The notes beneath the pieces are model-generated. The model worked only from the letters and a program-made list of their open reading frames with translations. It was not told the origin of the DNA and searched no databases. Positions 8,388 to 17,862 of a DNA stretch of 62,825 nucleotides are shown here, piece after piece (positions within the stretch are counted from its first letter, which is position 1; every line of letters starts with the position of its first letter). This stretch comes from Bacteroidales bacterium. Lineage in GTDB: Bacteria > Bacteroidota > Bacteroidia > Bacteroidales > UBA12077. The translations under genes and the position numbers were made by a program. The stretch covers positions 1 through 62,825 of the forward strand of contig JANQHR010000003.1 of assembly GCA_028282585.1 (NCBI GenBank), in the 5' to 3' direction.

Positions 8388-11300
8388 TTATTGGTTTTGC
8401 TCGTAAATTGCAAATGCATTAGTAAGGGCATTTTCTATTCTTGTCGCTAACTCCTTGTCACCATGCCTTCTTGAGAAATCATTTAAACGTTGCAGGTAAT
8501 GAATTGATAATCTTAATTCATAATCTAAAGCTGCAAGAAACTTAGCTGGCATTGAAAAATAATAACTAACGTCTTCCATTGCAATTTCGGCAAATTCAGC
8601 TACAATTTCATTTGCCTTTTCAGTAGCATCCAGCGCATAATAGGTTTCTATTATATCAAGCATAAATAAATCATGTTTGAAGTTATACGTTGGCATAATT
8701 TCCATGCATTTATCCAATACTTTCTCTGCTGAATCTTTTTTACCTTCTTTAAGAAGCTCTTTTGCCAATCGGTTGAACTTATTTCTGATTTTAATAACTG
8801 AAGTTGTTCTATCGATGGTATGATCAATAAAAACATCAGGATCATTCATATTGCCCCATTTAAATTCTGCCATCAGTTTTTTATACATGATATCTGTATC
8901 TATACGTCCGGTTTCTAAATAACCCTTGGCAGGAGTTTTAATCGGGACTAACCTATATGCAAATCCTTCCTGTTGAAGATAATCATCAATTCCAATACTT
9001 CCATCACCAGCGGTTGAAACAAAATATATCGGACGTTCCCAATTATTATTTGCTAAAAGATCCAGAATCATCATTTCGTTTTTCATGATTCTACTTTTAT
9101 TTATTACAAATCTAATTTCATTTACAACCTTATCAGCATTTTCAGGCTTAACTGTACCATTAGCTATTACTTTTTCTTTATCTACCGGAATAATGAATTT
9201 ATTAGTTGGTAAATAATCAATAAACTCATTTTGACCAACTTGTAATTTTGTTCTTGGGTCATCCGATTTTGCAAAATCTATTGCCTGGTCAACTGAAACA
9301 TAATCGTTAATCCGATCATTGATATATAATACATCGCGCTTACCATCCAGATACTCTTCATGAGTCATTCCGAACGGCACCGGGTCAGAATCATATGCTT
9401 TAATTTTCATCTGATCTATATACCAGTGAGTATTAAGTAAAGATAGATTTACTACTCGAATATCTGTTCTGATTCCTTCTACTTCTTGCGCGTACCATAA
9501 AGGAAAAGTATCATTATCGCCATGTGTAAAAAGGATTGCATTAGGCGCACAGGAATTTAAATAGTTAGACGCAAAATCACGAGTGATATATCGGTTAGAT
9601 CTATCATGATCATCCCAGTTTTCTGTTGCCATGACGGTTGGAACTGCCAGCAGGCAAATAACAGTGGCCAAAGTTGCACTTACTTTTGCATTGATTTTTT
9701 TCTGGAAGAAATTATAAACACTTAAAACACCTAGCCCTATCCAAATTGCAAAAGCGTAAAATGAACCGGCGTACGCATAATCACGTTCACGCGGTTGCAA
9801 CGGACTTTGATTTAAATATACTACAATGGCAATTCCGGTAAGAACAAATAATAAAAGTACCACAACAAAATCGTTCATATGTCGACGCATATGAAAGAAA
9901 AATCCCATAAGCCCAAGAATAAAAGGGAGCATAAAATATGTATTCCTCGATTTTTGGCTTTTTATATGATCAGGCAAATTTTCTTGTGGACCTATTAGAC
10001 TGTTATCAATAAAGTTGATTCCAGTAATCCAGTTCCCGTTCATTAACTCTCCATGACTTTGAGTATCATTCTGTTTACCTGAGAAATTCCACATAAAATA
10101 TCTCCAATACATATGACCTAGCTGATACCCGAAAAAGAATTTAAGATTCTCACTAAAAGTTGGTATATATCTAATTTCCGGTTCGCCATCATATCCCGTA
10201 ATAGTAACTTTTTTCCCTTTTATATCAGCCCACTTTTTATATTCTTCCGCATGATTGGGGTTTGTCTGACTATACATTCTAGGAAAAATAGTTGTAAATC
10301 TTTCATCATATGTATAAATGGCATTTTGAGAATAGATTTTAACGTATTTACCATCTTTTTGACGATAAGTATATGGTTGTTCACTATCCACAATTGGGGC
10401 ATTAAAATACTGTCCTTTAAATAAAGGTCTATTACCATATTGTTCACGGTTAAGGTAGCTTAATAAATTAAATACCGTTTCGGGATTGTTTTCATCGATA
10501 GGAGTATTCGCCAATGAACGAATTACTATCATAGTAAAGCTGGAGTATCCTATCATTATTACCGTAAATGCAACAGCAATTGTGTTAAGTACAACTTTTT
10601 TCTTTTTATGTGTATAATGTATGCTCCAAAAAACGAATGCTATAAGTATAGCCATGTAAAATAATACGCCAGATTTAAATGGAAGGCCAAATCCATTAAC
10701 AAACAATAGCTCAAACCAGGTTGCTACTTTTACTATTCCAGGAATTATAATATACATGATGGCTCCTAAAATGGCTATAGCTGCAAGTAAAGCTTTAAAT
10801 ATTCCTTTTCTCGTAACAGGATATTTCTTGAAATAATAAACAAAAACAATTGCTGGAATCGCAAGTAAGTTTAAAAGGTGTACACCTATTGATAATCCCA
10901 TTAAGTAAGCAATAAGAATCAACCATCGGTTCGAATATTTTTCGTGGGCGATATTTTCCCATTTAAGAATTGCCCAAAAAACTATGGCTGTAAAAAGTGA
11001 TGATAGGGCATATACCTCGGCTTCAACGGCAGAAAACCAAAACGTGTCGGAGAATGTGTAAGCCAAAGCTCCAACCAAACCACTTCCTATAATAGCGATC
11101 AACTGACCTGTGGTTAATTCACCGTTGGAAGGGAACATTTTTTTTGCGAGGTGCGTAATCGACCAGAATAAAAATAAAATTGTAAAAGCACTTGCTAATC
11201 CTGACATTGCATTAACCATCATAGCCGCATTCTCAACATTACCGCCGAAAAGAGTAAATACTCTTGCAAGGATCATAAACAATGGAGCCCCAGGAGGATG

Positions 11301-11447
11301 ACCAACTTGTAGTTTATAAGCTGTAGCTATAAATTCACCACAGTCCCAAAAGCTTGTAGTAGGTTCAATTGTCATTAAATAAGTTATCGCTGCAATTAAA
11401 AATACAACCCAGCCTGTTATTCGGTTTACAATCTTAAATTTTTCCAT
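8388..11447 (-). CDS. DUF2723 / TMEM260-like GT-C glycosyltransferase (GT117, putative protein O-mannosyltransferase)
   Basis: SFWDCGEF, HPPGAP, SAVEAEVY, QPRERDY and GDNDTFPLWY motifs; many TM helices. Confidence 0.9.
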   Translation of the reverse strand: MEKFKIVNRITGWVVFLIAAITYLMTIEPTTSFWDCGEFIATAYKLQVGHPPGAPLFMILARVFTLFGGNVENAAMMVNAMSGLASAFTILFLFWSITHLAKKMFPSNGELTTGQLIAIIGSGLVGALAYTFSDTFWFSAVEAEVYALSSLFTAIVFWAILKWENIAHEKYSNRWLILIAYLMGLSIGVHLLNLLAIPAIVFVYYFKKYPVTRKGIFKALLAAIAILGAIMYIIIPGIVKVATWFELLFVNGFGLPFKSGVLFYMAILIAFVFWSIHYTHKKKKVVLNTIAVAFTVIMIGYSSFTMIVIRSLANTPIDENNPETVFNLLSYLNREQYGNRPLFKGQYFNAPIVDSEQPYTYRQKDGKYVKIYSQNAIYTYDERFTTIFPRMYSQTNPNHAEEYKKWADIKGKKVTITGYDGEPEIRYIPTFSENLKFFFGYQLGHMYWRYFMWNFSGKQNDTQSHGELMNGNWITGINFIDNSLIGPQENLPDHIKSQKSRNTYFMLPFILGLMGFFFHMRRHMNDFVVVLLLFVLTGIAIVVYLNQSPLQPRERDYAYAGSFYAFAIWIGLGVLSVYNFFQKKINAKVSATLATVICLLAVPTVMATENWDDHDRSNRYITRDFASNYLNSCAPNAILFTHGDNDTFPLWYAQEVEGIRTDIRVVNLSLLNTHWYIDQMKIKAYDSDPVPFGMTHEEYLDGKRDVLYINDRINDYVSVDQAIDFAKSDDPRTKLQVGQNEFIDYLPTNKFIIPVDKEKVIANGTVKPENADKVVNEIRFVINKSRIMKNEMMILDLLANNNWERPIYFVSTAGDGSIGIDDYLQQEGFAYRLVPIKTPAKGYLETGRIDTDIMYKKLMAEFKWGNMNDPDVFIDHTIDRTTSVIKIRNKFNRLAKELLKEGKKDSAEKVLDKCMEIMPTYNFKHDLFMLDIIETYYALDATEKANEIVAEFAEIAMEDVSYYFSMPAKFLAALDYELRLSIHYLQRLNDFSRRHGDKELATRIENALTNAFAIYEQNQ

Positions 11448-11628
11448 CTATCTAAATGATTTTGTAGTTGCCAAATCTAGTTCAAATTCTAATAAATAAT
11501 GTTTCCTTAGCCTATTTTATTGTGAGAAAACCAAAAAATATATGCTTCATAATCAAATTGCTCCGAAATTACGTAAATTAGCCAAATTCTAAAAATAAAT
11601 TTATTGCCTCAAAAATAAATATCTACAT

Positions 11629-11973
11629 ATGCCTAAGAAAAGTCGAAAAAACAGAATGGATATAGTTTATTCAACTAATCCGGATTTTGAGTATAGCTAT
11701 GATGAAGAAGAAGAACAAAAAACTCTGGAACCATCAAAACAGAATCTTAAAGTATATCTCGATACCAAAGCAAAGAAAAAAGGTAAGCAAGCGACTTTAG
11801 TAAATGGTTTTGTTGGAACTGAAGAAGATTTAAAGGATTTAGGGAAACTACTTAAAACCAAATGCGCTGTTGGCGGATCGGTTAAAGAAGGTGAGATAAT
11901 AATTCAGGGAGATTTTAGAGATAAAATTGTTCAAATCTTAACCTCTGAAGGTTATAAAGCCAGAAAATTGTAA
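11629..11973 (+). CDS. yciH: Translation initiation factor SUI1/YciH family
   Basis: LKTKCAVGGSVKEGEIIIQGDFR and the Bacteroidota-type VYSTNPDF N-terminus. Confidence 0.93.
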   Translation: MPKKSRKNRMDIVYSTNPDFEYSYDEEEEQKTLEPSKQNLKVYLDTKAKKKGKQATLVNGFVGTEEDLKDLGKLLKTKCAVGGSVKEGEIIIQGDFRDKIVQILTSEGYKARKL

Positions 11974-12059
11974 AAAAATTTATAAAGTTATTTGCTTTTA
12001 AAACATTTCTTTTTTTATTGAGTTAAGTAAATAATGATTCTGATTTAAAGTTGATGTTA

Positions 12060-14966
12060 ATGAAATTAATTGCAAGATATCTGTTCATTTCACTTATATT
12101 TTTAATTCATGAAAATAATTCTTTAGCACAATTCTATTCAACTGGTCAGGATCCGGCATCGGCAAAATGGAAACAAATTAAAACGGATAATTTTCAAATT
12201 ATTTTTCAAGATAATTTTGAGGATAAAGCCCAAGAAATAGCCAATATACTAGAGTATAATTATTTGAAAGCGGGCAAAACCTTAAAGCACAAACCAAAAA
12301 AAATATCAGTAATTGTTCATAATCAAACCATTCTTTCGAATGGGTATGTTGCATGGGCTCCAAAAAGAATGGAGCTTTATGTAACTCCGCCGCAAGATGG
12401 GTATCCTGATCCATGGCTGGAACATTTGTGTATTCATGAATTAAGACATGTTGTTCAGGTTGATAAACTGAATGAAGGAATTACAAAAATATTATCAATT
12501 GTATTCGGGCAGCAAGCAACTGGCCTGGTTGCAGGACAATTACCATTGTGGTATTTAGAAGGAGATGCTGTTTCAACAGAAACTGCATTGCAAAAATTTG
12601 GACGAGGAAGAATGCCTTATTTCGAAAGAGGAATAAAAACACATTTGTTGAGCGACGAGAAAAGATATTCATTTGATAAAATGGCCTTCGGCTCTTATAA
12701 AAACTATGTTCCGAATCATTATAAATTAGGTTATCAGTTAACAGCCTATACCAGGGCTAGCTATGGAACGTATATTTGGTCAAATGCGCAATCGCATGTA
12801 GCAAGAAATTCATATACTTTACTACCAACCCCTTTTGCATTTTATAAAGGATTAAAAAAGAATATCGGATTGTCTCAAGAAGAGCTATATAATGAAGCTT
12901 TTGACTATCTGGATAGTGCTTGGACGAAGCAGATGGTAGAAAAAGATTTTAATAATCCAAAGTATTTTCAATCCTATGAGATAAATGATTATGAAGATTA
13001 TATTAATCCAATAGTTGTTGATAAGAACACATTTATAGCTCTAAAAGATGGCTTATCTCACCTACCTCAATTTGTTTTAGTAAATAGCAAAAATGAAGAA
13101 ATTTTATATGAACCGGGTTATTTAGTTTCTAATGATTTTTCTTATTCTAACAATTTATTGATCTGGGCTGAGTATAAGCCGGATTTGCGATGGGAAAATA
13201 GAGAGTTTACTACAATCAAAATTTTAAATATTAAAACTAAAAATGAGCTTGAACTAGTTAAAAAATCAAGATATTTTAGTCCTGATCTATCAAAGGGATC
13301 AGATAAAATCGCAGTTGTAAAGGTTGATGAACAGAGTAAAAGCTCTTTGGTGATTTTAAATTCATTTACAGGTTCAGTTATTCAAGAGATCGAACCAAAT
13401 CAGGGTTTTATTCAAAGACCAAAATGGTCTGTTGATGGAAACTATATTTATGTTATTGAATTGGTCGATTCTTACAAGCAAATAAGTAAGTATGATTTAA
13501 AGAATAATAAGTGGGAAACTTTATTTGGGATTCCAAATGCGGATATTCAGAGAATTTTACCAAATGATAATTACGTTTTTTTCCATTCAACGTTAAATGG
13601 AACAGATAATGTTTATGTTTATGATGAGTATTCAAAGGAAATTTACCAGCTATCTGACTCTAAATTTGGCATTTCCGAATTCGATTTTATAGCGAATAAA
13701 AACGAATTAGTTACAAACGAATATACTTCGCAAGGCTTTCGATTAGCGACTATTCCGGTCGAAAGGGCTTTATGGAAAAAGGTTGATCAATATGAAGGAT
13801 ATAAATTTGAATTTGCGGAAAAACTAAAGCAACAAGAAGAGTTAGAATTTGATCAAGTAATTAGAAAAGATAAATTATATGATTCAAAGCCTTATCACAA
13901 GTATTTGAATTTATTTAATTTTCATAGCTGGATTCCTTTTTATGTTGATTACGATGAGATGGATTTAGGCAACGTATTTGCTGATCCTTCGGAAATTTAT
14001 AATAATATTCATCCTGGTGTTACTTTACTTTCTCAAAATAAATTAAGCACGGTTGAGGCAATAATAGGATATGCTTATAAGGATGGAAATCATTACGTTT
14101 CATCATCCCTAGAGTTAAGGGGACAATATCCTGTTTTCAAAATTACCGCAAACTATGGAGCAGATCAGTTAATAAGGACGACGAGCAGTGCTACATGGCA
14201 ACCACAACCCCAAATTGGTTACAGTTACGAAGCTAAAGTTTATGTTCCATTTAATTTTACCAAAGGAAAATTTATTAAAGGATTAAGACCCGAGGTTTCA
14301 GTTGAGTATTTCGATAACCTATACTATAATTATCAGAATAATTATTATATAGAAGGTTTGGAAATAATGCAGTACCGACTACTATTTTATTCATATAAAA
14401 GAAAAGCAGATCGGGACATCACACCTCGCTTAGGAGCTATTTTTGACTTTAACTTATTTAACACCCCATTCGAATCAGATCTTTACAATTATATATATAG
14501 TGCTGATGGATTATTTTATTTACCAGGAAGAGGAAATAGCAGTTTTAAGTTTAATTTGGGTTATCAATATCAATACCCTCTTTTATATTTGTTTGGGAGT
14601 AATTTTTCATTCCCTAGGGGTATTCAAAATAAACGAACGGAGAGAATGATAAAAATTTATGGAGATTATATTTTTCCAATTACTTATCCTGACCGGAATT
14701 TGGGATCGTTATTATACTTGAAAAGAATACGAGGAGATATTTTTGCCGATTATGCATATAATACTTACAGAACATTGAATGAAACCCAAACAGCAATTAT
14801 ATGGCCAGTAGACCATAATTTTAGTTTTGGTTTTGAACTAATAGCTGATTATCACTTATTACGGACAATTTTTCCATTAAACACAGGACTTAGAGTTGGA
14901 TACACACCAACTGAAAATGCATTGTTTTACGAAGTTCTTTTTGGAATTGACTTATATGGTTTTTAA
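12060..14966 (+). CDS. Outer-membrane protein: HExxH peptidase-like domain + TolB-like propeller + C-terminal beta-barrel
   Basis: Signal peptide, CIHELRHVVQ...LWYLEGDAV, SPDLS and RPKWS propeller repeats, amphipathic strands ending in a terminal Phe. Confidence 0.7.
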   Translation: MKLIARYLFISLIFLIHENNSLAQFYSTGQDPASAKWKQIKTDNFQIIFQDNFEDKAQEIANILEYNYLKAGKTLKHKPKKISVIVHNQTILSNGYVAWAPKRMELYVTPPQDGYPDPWLEHLCIHELRHVVQVDKLNEGITKILSIVFGQQATGLVAGQLPLWYLEGDAVSTETALQKFGRGRMPYFERGIKTHLLSDEKRYSFDKMAFGSYKNYVPNHYKLGYQLTAYTRASYGTYIWSNAQSHVARNSYTLLPTPFAFYKGLKKNIGLSQEELYNEAFDYLDSAWTKQMVEKDFNNPKYFQSYEINDYEDYINPIVVDKNTFIALKDGLSHLPQFVLVNSKNEEILYEPGYLVSNDFSYSNNLLIWAEYKPDLRWENREFTTIKILNIKTKNELELVKKSRYFSPDLSKGSDKIAVVKVDEQSKSSLVILNSFTGSVIQEIEPNQGFIQRPKWSVDGNYIYVIELVDSYKQISKYDLKNNKWETLFGIPNADIQRILPNDNYVFFHSTLNGTDNVYVYDEYSKEIYQLSDSKFGISEFDFIANKNELVTNEYTSQGFRLATIPVERALWKKVDQYEGYKFEFAEKLKQQEELEFDQVIRKDKLYDSKPYHKYLNLFNFHSWIPFYVDYDEMDLGNVFADPSEIYNNIHPGVTLLSQNKLSTVEAIIGYAYKDGNHYVSSSLELRGQYPVFKITANYGADQLIRTTSSATWQPQPQIGYSYEAKVYVPFNFTKGKFIKGLRPEVSVEYFDNLYYNYQNNYYIEGLEIMQYRLLFYSYKRKADRDITPRLGAIFDFNLFNTPFESDLYNYIYSADGLFYLPGRGNSSFKFNLGYQYQYPLLYLFGSNFSFPRGIQNKRTERMIKIYGDYIFPITYPDRNLGSLLYLKRIRGDIFADYAYNTYRTLNETQTAIIWPVDHNFSFGFELIADYHLLRTIFPLNTGLRVGYTPTENALFYEVLFGIDLYGF

Positions 14967-15124
14967 AAAAGAGTTAACAAACCACAATAAATTCGAAAAT
15001 GGAGGGTTTATCAGATTAATCAGTGTATATTTGATTTAAATAAGGCAATGGGTAGATATTTTTTTATATATATTTGCCCTGTAATAAAAAACGTTTATTT
15101 GTTTAATTTTTAATAATCAGAGTG

Positions 15125-15535
15125 ATGGCTAAGTATAACAACGAAACAGAAACAACAACTGCAATTAACTTGATAGGAGCGGGAACGGAGATCACAGGCG
15201 ACGTTAACTCAAATGGTGACATAAGGATTGATGGTGTATTAAAAGGAAATCTTAAAACTGCAGGAAAAGTTGTTATTGGCGAAACCGGAAAAGTTAAAGG
15301 CGAAATAAATTGTAAAAATTCGGATGTTTTAGGCGAAATAAATGGCAAGATAAAAGTTGGTGAGTTGCTTTCATTAAAAGCTACGGCAAAAATATTTGGA
15401 GATATCATAACTAAAAAGCTGGCTATTGAACCGGGTTCGCAATTTACCGGTAATTGTAATATGGGCGAAGAGTCTTTTAAGAATACCGGGGCAGGAGAAC
15501 CTAAGTTCGGATCGAAAGAACAAAAAAGCGCTTAG
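15125..15535 (+). CDS. Bactofilin (polymer-forming cytoskeletal protein)
   Basis: IGAGTEITGDV..GDIRIDG..VVIGETG.VKGEI..LAIEPG.F.GNC beta-helix repeats. Confidence 0.93.
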   Translation: MAKYNNETETTTAINLIGAGTEITGDVNSNGDIRIDGVLKGNLKTAGKVVIGETGKVKGEINCKNSDVLGEINGKIKVGELLSLKATAKIFGDIITKKLAIEPGSQFTGNCNMGEESFKNTGAGEPKFGSKEQKSA

Positions 15536-15721
15536 AGATTAAACCAAATGCTCGACATTAAGCTTTCAAATAATTGCTGGTGGGTGTTAGAGTATTAGTT
15601 AGGATGAAATTGGATTAAAGGATTATTAGAACTGAGTTTCCTTTCTTTACATGGTGCTTACATTAGCAATTGTTATTTCAGCCATTTACTTTCAATAAAG
15701 GATTTAATTAAGCAAAAATAA
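15483..15721 (+). pseudogene. Pseudogene of AtpZ/AtpI-family small membrane protein
   Basis: Fragments across frames: KNKKALRD*TKCSTLSFQII / VRMKLD*..TEFPFFT / VLTLAIVISAIYF / SIKDLIKQK*. These match the small gene normally found between bactofilin and atpI; two stops and three frameshifts are needed. Confidence 0.75.
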
Positions 15722-15723
15722 TA

Positions 15724-16104
15724 ATGCAAGCTTTAAAAAGATTCCTTATAAGTGAGTTGTTATTTACTCTTTTAATAGCAGTAATCGCTTATTTATTATT
15801 TAACACCATTTTAGTAGAGTATTATTTACCTGTATTTTGGGTATTGCTTGGTATTATAGCTCTATTAACCGGTGTATTCCATTATTCCGTTGTTCAAATC
15901 CAGGAAAATAAATCCTCAAAATTTAGCCAGAAATTTATGATGGTTACCGGAATAAAAATGATGATTTACCTCGTTTTTATTACTTCATATTCTTTTATGA
16001 ACCCTGAAAAAGCTACAAGTTTCTTAATTTCATTTTTTGTACTTTATCTTCTTTATACTGTTTTTGAGGTGTTCTTAATCGTTCGCTATTTAAAGAAAAA
16101 GTAG
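15724..16104 (+). CDS. AtpI-like four-TM membrane protein of the F-type atp operon
   Basis: Four hydrophobic helices, FM..TGIKM and F..LYLLYT.FE motifs, located in the bactofilin-atp gene order. Confidence 0.75.
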   Translation: MQALKRFLISELLFTLLIAVIAYLLFNTILVEYYLPVFWVLLGIIALLTGVFHYSVVQIQENKSSKFSQKFMMVTGIKMMIYLVFITSYSFMNPEKATSFLISFFVLYLLYTVFEVFLIVRYLKKK

Positions 16105-16188
16105 TCGTTTCAAAACATTATGTTGTTAAACAGATAACAGTGTTATAAAAATAACAACAATCTTCTTGGAGTTTAGTAATGACTAATT

Positions 16189-16347
16189 TACATTTGCCAG
16201 CAAAGAATGAAAAAGAACTGTTTATAAAAACAAATACACTTGATACAACAAAAAAGGCAGTTTAAGTGTATTAGAAATCAGTTTAGTAATTTAAACATCA
16301 GTTAATGAAAAATAATGGTGAATAATTGAGATAAGTTATTAGATTTG
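16189..16347 (+). promoter_or_regulatory. Candidate promoters of the V-type operon
   Basis: TACATTTG at 16189 (TTG about 20 nt upstream) and TAGATTTG at 16340. Confidence 0.45.
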
Positions 16348-16389
16348 TATCTCATTTTTTATTCTTAAACAATTAAGAACTTGATAAAT

Positions 16390-17007
16390 ATGGAAAACAA
16401 ACTTCAGGAACTAACTCAGAAGCTTTATAACGAAGGGGTTGAAAAAGCAAATGCAGAAGCTGAAAAGATCTTGGATAATGCAAAATCAGAAGCTGAGAAA
16501 ATTAAGCAGGAAGCTGAAAAAGAAGCAACGGAAATCATTGCAAATGCTGAACAAAAATCAGCTGAAATCAAAAAAAATGTGGATGCTGAACTAAATCTTG
16601 CGGCAAAGCAAACCGTAAGAACTACTAAACAAAAAATTACTGATATGATCGTAAGCAGGGTTATAGATGAACCCGTAAAAAAAGCTTTCGATGATGAGAA
16701 ATTTGTTAAAGAAGTAATAGAATCTGTTGTAAAAAACTGGAATCCACAGAAAAGCGAAACGATTGATCTTTCTGTATTATTGCCTGCTGATCTTGAAAAA
16801 GAGTTTTCGAAATACTTCACAGCTAAATCTGGCAAAGAATTAAATGCAAATCTTGAATTAAGTTTTAGCGATACAATAAAAGGTGGTTTCAAAGTAGGCC
16901 CTGCTGATGGTTCATACAAAATCAGCTTTAGTGAAGAAGATTTTGAAAACTTCTTCAAATCATACCTTCGCCCAAAAACTATTGAAATGTTATATCCGGG
17001 AGAATAG
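16390..17007 (+). CDS. ntpE: V/A-type ATP synthase subunit E
   Basis: MENKLQELTQKLYNEGVEKA coiled coil, GGFKVGP.DGSYKISF, YLRP; first gene of the V operon. Confidence 0.92.
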   Translation: MENKLQELTQKLYNEGVEKANAEAEKILDNAKSEAEKIKQEAEKEATEIIANAEQKSAEIKKNVDAELNLAAKQTVRTTKQKITDMIVSRVIDEPVKKAFDDEKFVKEVIESVVKNWNPQKSETIDLSVLLPADLEKEFSKYFTAKSGKELNANLELSFSDTIKGGFKVGPADGSYKISFSEEDFENFFKSYLRPKTIEMLYPGE

Positions 17008-17009
17008 TT

Positions 17010-17861
17010 ATGTTTCGTAATTATTATCACTATTTCATAGCAGGATTGCCAGACATTTTTCTGGACGATACTGAGGTTCAATTTCAAATGCTTGACTTCA
17101 AGCACGAACTGCAGGATCATCTTCGTCCTGAAGATTATAAATTAGTAGAACTGCTATTTCTACCTTATGATAACCAAAAACTACTTCAGTTCTTAGATGA
17201 GGATTTCGAAAATTACAATAAGTTAGGAAATTATTCATATGAAGATTTTGAAATTGAATTTTCAGATGAAAGAAAAGGAATGCTTCCACCTTACATGTAT
17301 GAATTTGTAGAGATTTTCAGAGATGAGGAGTTATCTAAGAATGTTACCAAGAGTTGGGAAGATCTTTTAACTGAAATGTATTATGCTTATGTTTTAGAAA
17401 CTAAAAATAAGTTTTTAAAACAGTGGTTTGAGTTTAATCTAAACCTAACAAACATCTTAATAGGATTAAATTGTAGAGCATATGATTTTGATGTTGAGAA
17501 ACAGATTATTGGCGATAACGAAGTCTCGAAAGCAATTGTTAACAGCAATGCTAAAGATTTTGGTTTAGGAGTTGATTTACCGTTTGTTTCAGACATTATT
17601 ATACAAGCTGAAAAAGAAAATCTAATGGCTCGCGAAAAAGGTTTGGACCAAATTAAATGGGATAAGATAGAAGAGATTACTCTATTCGATTATTTTACAA
17701 TTGAAGTTGTATTAGCATATACCGTTAAGCTCGATTTAGCTTATAGATGGTTAGAACTTGATGAGGAAAAAGGTCGTGAAATGTTTAGTAAAATCATCAA
17801 CGATTTAAAATCCGGATTTGAGTTTTCTAAAGAATTTGCAATAAATGGAAAAAACAAATAA
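17010..17861 (+). CDS. DUF2764 family protein (V-type subunit C position)
   Basis: YYHYFIAGLPD, FLKQWFEFN, RW..LD.E.G motifs; lies between subunits E and A. Confidence 0.85.
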   Translation: MFRNYYHYFIAGLPDIFLDDTEVQFQMLDFKHELQDHLRPEDYKLVELLFLPYDNQKLLQFLDEDFENYNKLGNYSYEDFEIEFSDERKGMLPPYMYEFVEIFRDEELSKNVTKSWEDLLTEMYYAYVLETKNKFLKQWFEFNLNLTNILIGLNCRAYDFDVEKQIIGDNEVSKAIVNSNAKDFGLGVDLPFVSDIIIQAEKENLMAREKGLDQIKWDKIEEITLFDYFTIEVVLAYTVKLDLAYRWLELDEEKGREMFSKIINDLKSGFEFSKEFAINGKNK

Positions 17862-17862
17862 A

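Noticed and set aside
16425-17120. 231-aa minus-strand ORF and other short opposite-strand ORFs in the track
   Set aside because: They lie antisense to well-supported genes and have no motifs.
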